DNA from: Fidelibacterota bacterium
GTDB lineage: Bacteria; Fidelibacterota; Marinisomatia; Marinisomatales; S15-B10
Direction: 5' to 3'
NCBI GenBank assembly: GCA_046861655.1
Contig: JBHIAI010000008.1
Span: 1-35,610, forward strand
Length of the DNA stretch: 35,610 nucleotides
Shown here: positions 18,935 to 27,907 of the stretch, piece by piece
Numbering within the stretch: position 1 is the first letter of the stretch
Layout of the letters: each line of letters opens with the position of its first letter
Program-made: the position numbers and the translations under genes
Notes under the pieces: generated by a model
What the model saw: the letters and a program-made list of their open reading frames with translations, nothing else
Told to the model about the DNA's origin: nothing
Database searches by the model: none

Positions 18935-18963
18935 TTGAATGTAGGGACGATGCGGCATAATTT
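18935..18963 (+). promoter_or_regulatory. Putative promoter of tRNA-Leu
   Basis: TTGAAT-17-TAATTT. Confidence 0.55.
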
Positions 18964-18998
18964 CGTCCCCCACCCGCCTGACCGGTGTCGGGCAGGTT

Positions 18999-19085
18999 GC
19001 CCGGATGGCGGAATTGGTAGACGCGCATGGTTCAGGACCATGTGGTCGAAAGACCGTGCAGGTTCAACTCCTGTTCCGGGCACCA
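18999..19085 (+). tRNA. tRNA-Leu(CAG)
   Basis: Acceptor stem GCCCGGA/TCCGGGC; anticodon arm CATGG-TTCAGGA-CCATG (CAG at 19033-19035); long variable arm GGTC-GAAA-GACC; T-loop TTCAACT; encoded CCA. Confidence 0.98.
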
Positions 19086-19311
19086 TTCGCAGTAGGTGGC
19101 TGTCCATAAGAACGCGATCGAGAAGTCGCGAAAACTTAAGCCGGAGATTCCGCATACCGGCAACAACGGTATTCCGATTCGCGATGAGATCGAACTGGAA
19201 TTTCCCCTGCGGTTTCCAGGCGCATAACCCACCCCGTGGCTTCGTCCGCCGAAATCCTTGGGCTGCACCTGTTTCTATGGCTTTGGAACTCCCCAACCTC
19301 AGGATAGAAGA

Positions 19312-19635
19312 GTGGACGATGAATCGTTTGACGGCCCAGGCGAGATCGGACAAGTGACCCTTTCCGTGGAGGATCTTGATCGTGCTGTGGCATTCTATCC
19401 CGGCCTTCGACTCATGCTGGTTGTTCCAGAGAATGGCGTGACGGATCACGGTAACTCGATTCTCTATTCTCGGGTCTCCGATATCCAGACAATGGCCCGG
19501 AGGATGATAGATCGTGGAATAGTATTCAAGTCAGACCTTCATTTTGTTGCGAAGATGGAGGACCATGATTTGTGGATGGCGTTCTTCCATGATTCGGAGG
19601 GGAATACACTGGCCCTGATGGCCGAGATTCGGTGA
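19312..19635 (+). pseudogene. VOC/glyoxalase family protein, apparently internally deleted
   Basis: IGQVTLSVEDLDRAVAFY and LWMAFFHDSEGNTLALM are VOC-like. The usual xxLG...FF segment after AFY is absent. GTG start at 19312. Confidence 0.65.
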
Positions 19636-19662
19636 TTTGTTGTGGATGAAAGGAGGCCATCA

Positions 19663-20109
19663 ATGATTCAGAGCGAAGCCACCACTGTGAGCGAGTACTT
19701 GAACGAGCTTGACCCCGATCGCCGCAGAATTATTTCTGAAGTCAGGAAGACCATTCTCGAGCATCTGCCCGATGGATACGTGGAATCAATGAACTGGGGG
19801 AGGATCAGCTACGAAATCCCTCTGGCAGTCTATCCGGACACCTACAATGGGCAACCGCTCATGATCGCGGCCCTGGCCGCCCACAAGAACCACTACGCCC
19901 TTTACCTTATGGGTGTGTATCAAGACCCGGAAAAAGCGGCCCACATGAAAGAAGAATTCAGGAACGCCGGGAAAAACCTCGACATGGGAAAATCATGCAT
20001 TCGGTTCCGCAAACTGGAGGACCTTCCGATGGATGTCATCGGAACCATTATCGCCAGTACCTCCACCACCGAGTTCATCGCTCGCTACGAGGAGAGCCGG
20101 AAGAAGTAG
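19663..20109 (+). CDS. DUF1801 (YdhG-like) domain protein
   Basis: YPDTYNGQPL and LDMGKSCIRF motifs; AGGAGG SD at 19651-19656. Confidence 0.85.
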   Translation: MIQSEATTVSEYLNELDPDRRRIISEVRKTILEHLPDGYVESMNWGRISYEIPLAVYPDTYNGQPLMIAALAAHKNHYALYLMGVYQDPEKAAHMKEEFRNAGKNLDMGKSCIRFRKLEDLPMDVIGTIIASTSTTEFIARYEESRKK

Positions 20110-20138
20110 TGGTTACCCCTCTCATCTTCGGGGGGTCG

Positions 20139-21377
20139 TCAGGATCGGTAGAAGTCTGCCACCTTATGGATGGCGTCCACGATATCCTGGGTGTCCCGTT
20201 TCGTTCCGAGTAGGCAATTCTGTTTGAGCCAGATGGCCTCATGGTCAGAAACGCGTTCGGTGACGGGGAGGGATAACCGGGAGAAATCCCTTCCCTTCAG
20301 CCACGGATACTCTTCCCGGTCCACCACGAATAACGGTTGACGATACACGGGCTTGTACCCCTCGTATGCCGGAATGCCTTCGGCGTTTAAGGCCCGGATG
20401 AATTCCTCCCTTGGGATGTCACGGAACCGGGACCGGTCGTAACGGAAGATGTACAGGTGATGGGAAACACGGGTGGCTTCCGGATAGCGTACCTGGGGGG
20501 CCAGTCCCGGGATGGACAAGATCTCTTCATCCAGTCTGTCCGCGTTTAGATCTCTCACCTTCATATCAGCCTCAAGGGACCCAATCTGGGCTTCCAGGAG
20601 GGCCGCCGGAAAGGCAGACAACCGGAAATTCCCCCCGAGATACCTGTGCCGTTCGGAGACGATCTCGGGATCCATGTCGCCTTCTTTCACCCGGCCCACG
20701 TTGTGATAGGAATAGCATCGCTGGATAAAGTCCTGTTCGTCGGAAAGGATTGCCCCACCCTCTCCGGCCGTCATATGCTTGGAGGTCTGGAAGCTGAAAA
20801 CGCCCCCCAATCCGAGAGCCCCCACCTTCCTGCCCTTCCATTCGGCACCGTGGGCCTGGGCCGCGTCCTCAAGGACCGGAATGCCATGGCGGTCAGCCGC
20901 ACGCTTAATCCCATCCAGATTCGCGGGAAACCCTGCCAGGTGAACAGGCAGAATGACCCGGGTCCTGTCCGTGATGGCATCTTCAAGGAGGCCGGGATCC
21001 AGGTTCAAGGTCTCCCGTTCGATGTCCACAAATACGGGGACACCATTGGCCATCAAAACAGCGGAGGCCGTAGCCACGAAGGTATAAGCGGGAACGATCA
21101 CCTCGTCCCCAGGCCTCATCCCTGCCGCCTTGAGAGCCACCCAGAGGGCGGCCGTTCCCGAATTGGTGCAAAGGGCAAACCGGCCGTCGTGGAAACGGGC
21201 GAACGCCTTTTCGAACTTCTCAACGACCTTGCTCCCTACCCCCCACTGTTCGCGGTTCAGGGTATGAATCAAGCTTTCCCTCATGGCATCCGTGGGGCGG
21301 GGCCATGACGGAAACGGGTCTGCGCGAACCGGCCTTCCGCCATAGAGGGCCATGTCCGTTTTCTGCGTCCTGGTCAT
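20139..21377 (-). CDS. DegT/DnrJ/EryC1/StrS PLP aminotransferase (AHBA-synthase/BtrR-like)
   Basis: NSGTAAL, TFVAT, EDAAQAHGA and FSFQTSKHMTAGEGG motifs. Start taken at ATG 21377. Confidence 0.92.
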   Translation of the reverse strand: MTRTQKTDMALYGGRPVRADPFPSWPRPTDAMRESLIHTLNREQWGVGSKVVEKFEKAFARFHDGRFALCTNSGTAALWVALKAAGMRPGDEVIVPAYTFVATASAVLMANGVPVFVDIERETLNLDPGLLEDAITDRTRVILPVHLAGFPANLDGIKRAADRHGIPVLEDAAQAHGAEWKGRKVGALGLGGVFSFQTSKHMTAGEGGAILSDEQDFIQRCYSYHNVGRVKEGDMDPEIVSERHRYLGGNFRLSAFPAALLEAQIGSLEADMKVRDLNADRLDEEILSIPGLAPQVRYPEATRVSHHLYIFRYDRSRFRDIPREEFIRALNAEGIPAYEGYKPVYRQPLFVVDREEYPWLKGRDFSRLSLPVTERVSDHEAIWLKQNCLLGTKRDTQDIVDAIHKVADFYRS

Positions 21378-21397
21378 GAGAGATTTCTCAGGGGTTT

Positions 21398-23548
21398 CTA
21401 CGGTGTAACCTCCAAGCCCAGACTTCTCAGGAAGGCCCGGTTGTTGGGTTCCCTTCCGAGAAAATCTTTCACCATCACCAGGGGATCTTCTGTTCCGCCC
21501 TTTTCCAGAATTGCCTTCCGGTATTTGAATCCAGTTTCCGGATCGAGTATGCCGTTCTCCTCGAATATAGAGAACATGTCCTGGGCATACACCTGTGACC
21601 AAAGGTATCCGTAGTAGGCTGCCGCATAGCCATAGAGGTGCCCGAACGCCCCCTGGAAATGAGTATCGTCCTGATAAGGATACGGAGTGATCTCGTTCTG
21701 AAGTTCTCTCACAATGTCCGTGGTAGTCTTCTCCCCATCGGGATCAAACCCGTCATGAAGCGTAAAATCCAGTACTCCATAGAAAACCTGCTGAAGGCTT
21801 TTCGTACCGGAGTTCAGGTTTTTCGCGGCCAGCATCCGGTCCACAAGATTCTCGGGAATGACCTCCCCGGTTTCATAGTGCCGGGCGAACAGGGAAAGGG
21901 ACTCCTCGTTCCATACCCAGTTTTCCAGCATCTGGGACGGGGCTTCCACGAAATCCCGGGGCACGGACGTTCCAGAGTAGCTCAGCAGCGGTGATCGCGT
22001 CAGGATTCCATGGAGAAGGTGACCGAATTCGTGAAAAAAGGTTTCCACGTCGTCATGGGGCAAGAGCGATGGCTGTTCTGCAGTGGGCTTCGGGAAATTG
22101 CAGACAAGGGCGTAGGCAGGCAACTGGTACCCTTCCTCCAGTCTCTTTCCCATGACCACGCTGAAGGCGGCCGCGTGTTGATACTTGTTCGGACGGGGAA
22201 AAAGATCCAGGTAAAACCGGCCCAGGAGCTCCTGAGTGTCCCTGTCTAGTACCTCAAACATCCTGACGTCCGGATGCCAAACGGAGGGGTTTTTCACCTC
22301 CCGGTAATCCAGGTTGAACAGGCGCTGGGTAATGGAAAACAGCCCCTTAGTTGCCTGGCTCACCTCAAAGTACTGCTTCACCTCCTCCTGGTCCACCCGG
22401 TATTTTGTCTCAAGAAGCTTGGTCTCATAGTACCATTTCTCCCAGGGATACACCACAGTAGCAGGCCGGCCCGTCAGTTGTGCTTTCATCTCCAGCATTT
22501 CCCTGAAGTCCCGGGCGGCCTTTTCCTGAAGACTCTGTTCAAGGTCCTGCTCGAATTTCCACACAGTGTTGGGATTTGCAGCCATGCGATCCTCTGTCCG
22601 GTAAGCGGCATAGGAGCTGTATCCGAGAATATCAGCAAGTCTTCTTCGTTCCCGGATGATATCATCCAGGATGTCCAGGTTACCTTCCCGGGCCCGGTTC
22701 AGGAAGCGGTAACTCAGCTCCTTTCTGGCGCTGTCTGAATCTGCAAATTTCATGAAAGGGAAATAGGAGGGATAGGACAGGTCAATGGCGTAGGCGCCGT
22801 CTTGAATACGACGTTCGTTCAGATAGTCCTCCGGAAGCCCCGATGCCTGGTCCTGGGTAATAAACAGAGTATCCTGGTACGAACTGATGTTCCGCCTGAA
22901 TTCCAGTCCCAGTTCAGCGATCCGGTTCTGGATATCTTTCACACGCTCCCTTTTTTCTCTGGAGAGACCGAATCCGCTGCGCCGGAAATCCCTCAGGGTC
23001 TCCTCCAGGAACTTCTTCCGGTATCCGGTGAGGGACTTGGCCTCCATCGACTGGGAGTAAGTCACGACAGCATCATACAAGTCCTCATTCACCGCAAGGT
23101 CATTCAGGAATCTTTCGAACCGGATGCTGCTGGAATCCCCTTCCTGGCGGATGCTCTCCGAAGGGTGAGTGGACCCCATGAGGTAGGCGGGACTCCAAAC
23201 GCTTTCAACAGCGTTGCGAATATCGTCCAGCTTGACCAGGGTGTTATCAAAAGTCCGGGCACCTGGTTTCACGGCAGTGAGTTCATCCAGGATGACCCGG
23301 GCATCCTCCAGGGCTCGGTCGGTGGCTTCAGGGATATCCCCTGGCTGGAGGTTCCCGAACCGGATGGGTTCATTGAAACCGTAAAGAAGAGGATTCTTGT
23401 GGGGCGCCGTTTTCTCAGTCCCAACTTTCTTCTCCACAGCCACCGGGGCGCCTGCCTCCTCCCGGAGGGCCGGCAGGCAGGAATAGAAGATTACTGCGAT
23501 GGAAGACAGAATCATATTACCCACAAATTTCATGTTCACTCCCTTCAT
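21398..23548 (-). CDS. M3 family (thimet oligopeptidase-like) metallopeptidase, probable lipoprotein
   Basis: HEFGH, DFVEAPSQMLENW and YAAAYYGYLWS motifs; hydrophobic N-terminus ending YSC. Alternative start at 23533. Confidence 0.93.
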   Translation of the reverse strand: MKGVNMKFVGNMILSSIAVIFYSCLPALREEAGAPVAVEKKVGTEKTAPHKNPLLYGFNEPIRFGNLQPGDIPEATDRALEDARVILDELTAVKPGARTFDNTLVKLDDIRNAVESVWSPAYLMGSTHPSESIRQEGDSSSIRFERFLNDLAVNEDLYDAVVTYSQSMEAKSLTGYRKKFLEETLRDFRRSGFGLSREKRERVKDIQNRIAELGLEFRRNISSYQDTLFITQDQASGLPEDYLNERRIQDGAYAIDLSYPSYFPFMKFADSDSARKELSYRFLNRAREGNLDILDDIIRERRRLADILGYSSYAAYRTEDRMAANPNTVWKFEQDLEQSLQEKAARDFREMLEMKAQLTGRPATVVYPWEKWYYETKLLETKYRVDQEEVKQYFEVSQATKGLFSITQRLFNLDYREVKNPSVWHPDVRMFEVLDRDTQELLGRFYLDLFPRPNKYQHAAAFSVVMGKRLEEGYQLPAYALVCNFPKPTAEQPSLLPHDDVETFFHEFGHLLHGILTRSPLLSYSGTSVPRDFVEAPSQMLENWVWNEESLSLFARHYETGEVIPENLVDRMLAAKNLNSGTKSLQQVFYGVLDFTLHDGFDPDGEKTTTDIVRELQNEITPYPYQDDTHFQGAFGHLYGYAAAYYGYLWSQVYAQDMFSIFEENGILDPETGFKYRKAILEKGGTEDPLVMVKDFLGREPNNRAFLRSLGLEVTP

Positions 23549-25188
23549 GGATGCTCCCTCCCGTGTACGTCCAGGACTTTTCCGTCAAGGTTTTCGGGTA
23601 TGGGAATTCCCAAAAGATGCGCGATGGTGGGGGCAACATCGACCGTGCGAACCGTATCACCGATGACTCCCGACTTCAGTCCAGGGCCCGAGAAAACCAA
23701 TGGAACCTGTCGATCATAGTCGTGAACCGTTCCGTGCCCGGTCCCAACAGGATCACGCCATACGTAGTTCTCCTTGAAGGATACGAACAGATCGCCGCTC
23801 AACTCAGGATGGAACTGGTGGCGCCACAGTTCACCTATGGGGTCGAGCTCGCGACCGCTCATCAGATCCGTCCGGGAGACAACCTTCAGGATCCAGGGGT
23901 TCTCCATGAGTAGATTCGTGACCGCCCGGTCCATCGCCTCCCTGGAAAGACCCTTTTCCGCCAGGGTTTCCATCTCATAGGTCAGGGTCCCGTTGGAGTA
24001 ATTCTCAATGTAGGTGCCGGGTCCCCACCGCTTCCTGAGGTGTCCTTCCAACTCCTCGAGAACCTGGCTCATCCGTTTCCCGAGTCGTCCTGCCTCCAGG
24101 CCCAGCCGTTCGGCGTACTCGGGCATCATGGCCGCGCCGTGGTCCGAGGTCAGGACCACAAGTACGTTTTCCATTCCCACGGTCTGATCCAAAAAGGTGA
24201 TCAGCTCCCCAATAAGACGGTCAAGGCGGAGAAACGTATCCATGACTTCCTGGCTGAACGGTCCGTAACGATGTCCGACACCATCCGTGACGGATGGTGA
24301 AATGGCCAGAAGATCAGGAACGGCATCTTTGCCCAGGGGTTCGTTTTCCAGAATCACCCGGGCCAGATCGAAGGTGAACGCATCCAGCCAGGGCGACTCC
24401 CAGAGGGCCCAGAAATGGATGGGATCTTCCCCGGCCGTCTCCGGGAAACGGTGAGGAAACTCGGCGTTCTTGCTGCCGGACGCTTCCGGGGGAAAAGGAT
24501 CTTCCCTGGAATACTCGAGATAAACTCTCTCGTCGCTGAGGAGGCGGGTCCAGGTCAGTCCCACATAGGCGTCAATAGGCCTTGCAGCCCGGAAAGCCTG
24601 CAGCCAGTCGGGATACCGGTCAACGTAGTAATCGGATGTCACATACTCTCCCGTGTTGGAATCGAGCCAATACACCCCATCGGGACGGCGTCCTCCCAAG
24701 AGAACAGCTGCCCGGTCCTTAGAAGATACAGCGAAAACCTTTGAAGAAGGGTCGGAAGACTTCATCCAATCCCCCAGGGCCGTAAAGGGAACGTTGCGGT
24801 AGGAAACGGGGCGGCTTTTTCCGCTCAATACCCGGGCCTGGTCATCGGCCACGCAGTACATCATGTCTCCTTTTTCCCTGTCGTAGTAATCGTTGGCGAT
24901 GATGGTTCCTCTGCCGGGATGAACGCCTGATGCCACGGCGAAGATTCCAGGCGCAGTGGCCGTGTAGGCATGGTCGTGAAACGTATGAGTGAACCGTATC
25001 CCGTTGTCCAGAAGATACCGGAACCCTCCTTCAAACAGAGGGTCAAAGCGATCCAGGAAGTCGTCACGCATTTGATCCACGACCAGGTATAGCACCATCC
25101 GGGGGACTGCAGGTTTTGCCGGGTAAAGCGTCAGGAAAACAAGCAGAATGGCCAGGGGAACAAGAAGAAGGCCTGGAGTGCGTTTCAT
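23545..25188 (-). CDS. Alkaline phosphatase superfamily protein (PafA-like), secreted
   Basis: VVDQMR, TATAPG, SKDR, DGVGH, TSDHG and GHG motifs; signal peptide. Confidence 0.9.
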   Translation of the reverse strand: MKRTPGLLLVPLAILLVFLTLYPAKPAVPRMVLYLVVDQMRDDFLDRFDPLFEGGFRYLLDNGIRFTHTFHDHAYTATAPGIFAVASGVHPGRGTIIANDYYDREKGDMMYCVADDQARVLSGKSRPVSYRNVPFTALGDWMKSSDPSSKVFAVSSKDRAAVLLGGRRPDGVYWLDSNTGEYVTSDYYVDRYPDWLQAFRAARPIDAYVGLTWTRLLSDERVYLEYSREDPFPPEASGSKNAEFPHRFPETAGEDPIHFWALWESPWLDAFTFDLARVILENEPLGKDAVPDLLAISPSVTDGVGHRYGPFSQEVMDTFLRLDRLIGELITFLDQTVGMENVLVVLTSDHGAAMMPEYAERLGLEAGRLGKRMSQVLEELEGHLRKRWGPGTYIENYSNGTLTYEMETLAEKGLSREAMDRAVTNLLMENPWILKVVSRTDLMSGRELDPIGELWRHQFHPELSGDLFVSFKENYVWRDPVGTGHGTVHDYDRQVPLVFSGPGLKSGVIGDTVRTVDVAPTIAHLLGIPIPENLDGKVLDVHGREHP

Positions 25189-25392
25189 ATGGATTGCGGA
25201 CCTTGAGAATGAGCGAATTTACAGGAGTTCCCCCGAAGATTAAACCTCAAACGGTCAAGGGCACCTTCGCAGAGGTGTCTTCCCGGGAGCTCCCTTGAAA
25301 GAGCCGGCAGACCATCTCCCAACGGCCTTGTTGGCTAAGGGAGGATCCGGCACGGCAGGCTGGTTTGGACAGGAAAAGGGAGTCACTCCGTC

Positions 25393-26694
25393 CTAAACCC
25401 GGATTCTCTCAGCAATCTCGGCTGCCTTCGCTATCACTTCCTCCACGTCGACGTCTACAAACTCACCTCCCGCCAGGACCCGCTTCCCGGCCACGAACAC
25501 GGTATCTACGTCATCTGGCCTGAGACTGTAGACAAGATTGGAGAACGGGTCGGCAGGCGGAGATGCATGGATTCGACGGTTTCTGACCAAAACAAGGTCA
25601 GCGTCGAACCCTTCACGGATCCGTCCTAAGCGCCCGCCCATGCCTATCGCTTCTGCCCCGTTTCTCGTGGCCAACTCCAAAGCCCTGGGGGCCGGGAGGG
25701 CGGTTGGATCGCCCTTTCCCACTTTCTGGAGAAACGAAGCCATTCTCATTTCAGTGAACACGGCCAGATTGTTATTGCTTGCGGCACTGTCGGTGCCAAG
25801 GGCCACGTTTACCCCTGCGCCAAGAAGGTCTTCCACGGGCATGATGCCGGAGGCCAGCTTCATATTGGAAGAAGGATTGTGAACGGTGGAAACTTTGCGC
25901 GCAGCCATAATCTCAATGTCGCTCTTCAGAAGATGAATACAGTGGGCGGCAACGGTGGGGCGGGAGAATACCCCGATGTCCTGCAGCACTTCAACCGGTG
26001 ACTTTCCTCCGTACGATATCTTGCATGATTCCACCTCCTGGGCCGTTTCTGAAAGATGGATGTGAATACCTGTGCCAAGGTCTTCGGCGTGGGACACCAC
26101 ACGCTCAAGGTACGCTGGGGGACAGGTATAGAGGGCGTGGGGACCGAAGAAGAACCGGATGCGATTGTCGTTTTTTCCCATCCATTCGGTCACCACCTCG
26201 AGAGCCTTCTGAAGCTGTTCTTCCGCATCTGGACGGGTAGCGATGAGCACCCCTGAAAGAACGGCCCGGATGCCTACTTCCCGGCAGGCCCGCGCCGCCT
26301 GGTCACTGTGCCAGTACATATCGTTGAAGCAGGTGACACCACCTCTCAACATTTCCAGAGCCGCTAATTTCGTCCCCCAGTAGACGTCCTCCGGAATCAT
26401 CTTTGCTTCCATGGGCCAGATTTTGGTCTCCAGCCAGGGCATAAGCGGCATATCATCGGCCCATCCCCGCATGGGCGTCATGCCCGCGTGGGTATGGGCG
26501 TTGATGAGTCCTGGAATGACGATACACTCGCTGGCATCGATTTCAACTGCCTGGTCCCACTCCTTCCCTTCAGGACGTCGATGTCCTACGATCCCAATTT
26601 TGGATCCGCGTATGCCGACGAAGCCGGGATCCAGAACATCCCCCTGATCGTTCAGGGTGACAACCGTCCCCCCGGTTATGAGGATCCTATCCAT
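25393..26694 (-). CDS. mtaD: Amidohydrolase, 5-methylthioadenosine/S-adenosylhomocysteine deaminase-like
   Basis: PGLINAHTH, PHALYTC, HIHLSET, NMKLASG and GTDSAASNN motifs. Confidence 0.85.
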   Translation of the reverse strand: MDRILITGGTVVTLNDQGDVLDPGFVGIRGSKIGIVGHRRPEGKEWDQAVEIDASECIVIPGLINAHTHAGMTPMRGWADDMPLMPWLETKIWPMEAKMIPEDVYWGTKLAALEMLRGGVTCFNDMYWHSDQAARACREVGIRAVLSGVLIATRPDAEEQLQKALEVVTEWMGKNDNRIRFFFGPHALYTCPPAYLERVVSHAEDLGTGIHIHLSETAQEVESCKISYGGKSPVEVLQDIGVFSRPTVAAHCIHLLKSDIEIMAARKVSTVHNPSSNMKLASGIMPVEDLLGAGVNVALGTDSAASNNNLAVFTEMRMASFLQKVGKGDPTALPAPRALELATRNGAEAIGMGGRLGRIREGFDADLVLVRNRRIHASPPADPFSNLVYSLRPDDVDTVFVAGKRVLAGGEFVDVDVEEVIAKAAEIAERIRV

Positions 26695-27715
26695 CGGGTA
26701 CCAGTACTACTTTTCCAAGATGGTGTCGTTCCTCCACATACCTGTGGGCCTGGGGCACGTCTGTCATGGGAAACACCCGGTCAAGAACGGGAGAAACTTT
26801 TCCTTTTTCGAGCCATCTCGCGACTTCCCTGAAGGCCCGGGCATCGCCCATAGTGGATCCCAGTAGGGACTGTTGCTTCCAGTAAAGATGCCTGAGGTTC
26901 ACGGCTACCTCTGCCCCGGTGGTGGCACCGCAGGTCACGATTCTCCCGCCGCGAGCGAGGGACCGAAGACTGGAAGGCCAGGTCGCCTCCCCAACATGTT
27001 CAAACACAACATCGGCGCCCCGCCCATCCGTGAGTTTCATCACCCGCTGGTGAATAGTTTCCTCATAGTGGTTGAGCACATGATGTGCGCCCAGGCTTCT
27101 GGCCAGCTGCAGTTTCCGGTCGTCTCCACCCGTAGCAATGATCCTGCACTCCAACTCACGGGCGATCTGGATTGCGGCACTCCCCACACCTGAGCCCCCA
27201 CCCAGAATCAACACGGTCTCCCCTTTCTGGGTATGGGCTCGCCTCACCAGCATCTGGTAGGCGGTAAGAAAAACCAGAGGAAAAGCGGCGGCTTCTTCGA
27301 ACGAGACGTGGGGTGGCTTCTTCTGCAAATAGTGGGGTTCGATGGCCAGGATATCGCACTGGGTCCCATTCCGGTGACGACCCAGGATACCGAAGTTCTG
27401 GCAGTAATTCTCACGGCCCTCACGGCAAAACCGGCACGAGCCGCAGTAGGTTCCCGGCTGAATCATCACCTCGTCACCCGGCTTCCACCCATCCACGGAC
27501 TTTCCCGCCTCCAGGATCGTTCCACTCCCGTCACTGCCCATAACGTGGGGCAGAGCAATACCGGAAATGCCCCCACGGACCCAGAGATCCAGATGATTGA
27601 TGGATGCTGCCCGGATTCTAACCAGGACTCCGTCAGACGGGCAATGTGGCTCGGGAATATCCTCCCATCGCAGGACTTCGGGTCCTCCGAACTCGTGAAT
27701 CCTGACCCCTTTCAT
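26687..27715 (-). CDS. Zinc-binding dehydrogenase (MDR family)
   Basis: NHLDLW, structural Zn motif CGSCRFC-x7-C, GGGSGVG, GKVVL. Confidence 0.92.
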   Translation of the reverse strand: MKGVRIHEFGGPEVLRWEDIPEPHCPSDGVLVRIRAASINHLDLWVRGGISGIALPHVMGSDGSGTILEAGKSVDGWKPGDEVMIQPGTYCGSCRFCREGRENYCQNFGILGRHRNGTQCDILAIEPHYLQKKPPHVSFEEAAAFPLVFLTAYQMLVRRAHTQKGETVLILGGGSGVGSAAIQIARELECRIIATGGDDRKLQLARSLGAHHVLNHYEETIHQRVMKLTDGRGADVVFEHVGEATWPSSLRSLARGGRIVTCGATTGAEVAVNLRHLYWKQQSLLGSTMGDARAFREVARWLEKGKVSPVLDRVFPMTDVPQAHRYVEERHHLGKVVLVPDG

Positions 27716-27736
27716 GGCTTTCTATCTTCACCACCG

Positions 27737-27907
27737 CTATTCTTCATTCATATCGCGGAATTCGGCATCGCGAATATCCTCTTCCGGGATTTCCAGGGAC
27801 TTGTTGACTTTGCTTTTCACGGACTTGCTGACAGAGGAGGGTGTCAGCAGGGGACGGATGACTCTGTATGCCAGATAGATCAGGGCCAGGACGACAAGGT
27901 ATTTCAC
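27737..27907 (-). CDS. Small single-pass membrane protein, 56 aa (not in ORF track)
   Basis: MKYLVVLALIYLAYRVIRPLLTPSSVSKSVKSKVNKSLEIPEEDIRDAEFRDMNEE*. GTG overlaps the upstream TGA and the ORF fills the operon gap. Confidence 0.8.
   Translation of the reverse strand: MKYLVVLALIYLAYRVIRPLLTPSSVSKSVKSKVNKSLEIPEEDIRDAEFRDMNEE

Noticed and set aside
18420..18973. N-terminal extensions of TyrS (to 18542) and SmpB (to 18973) in the ORF track
   Set aside because: They overlap smpB or the promoter region. Starts at 18419 (ATGA overlap) and 18883 (GGAGG SD) fit the family N-termini.
19222..20136. Integron cassettes (VOC and DUF1801 genes; GCATAAC resembles an attC inverse core)
   Set aside because: No complementary GTTRRRY core forming an attC hairpin, and no integron integrase.
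20115..20136. Terminator between the convergent DUF1801 and aminotransferase genes
   Set aside because: A 7-bp stem (ACCCCTC/GGGGGGT) is present but lacks a U-tract on either strand, so it is not called.
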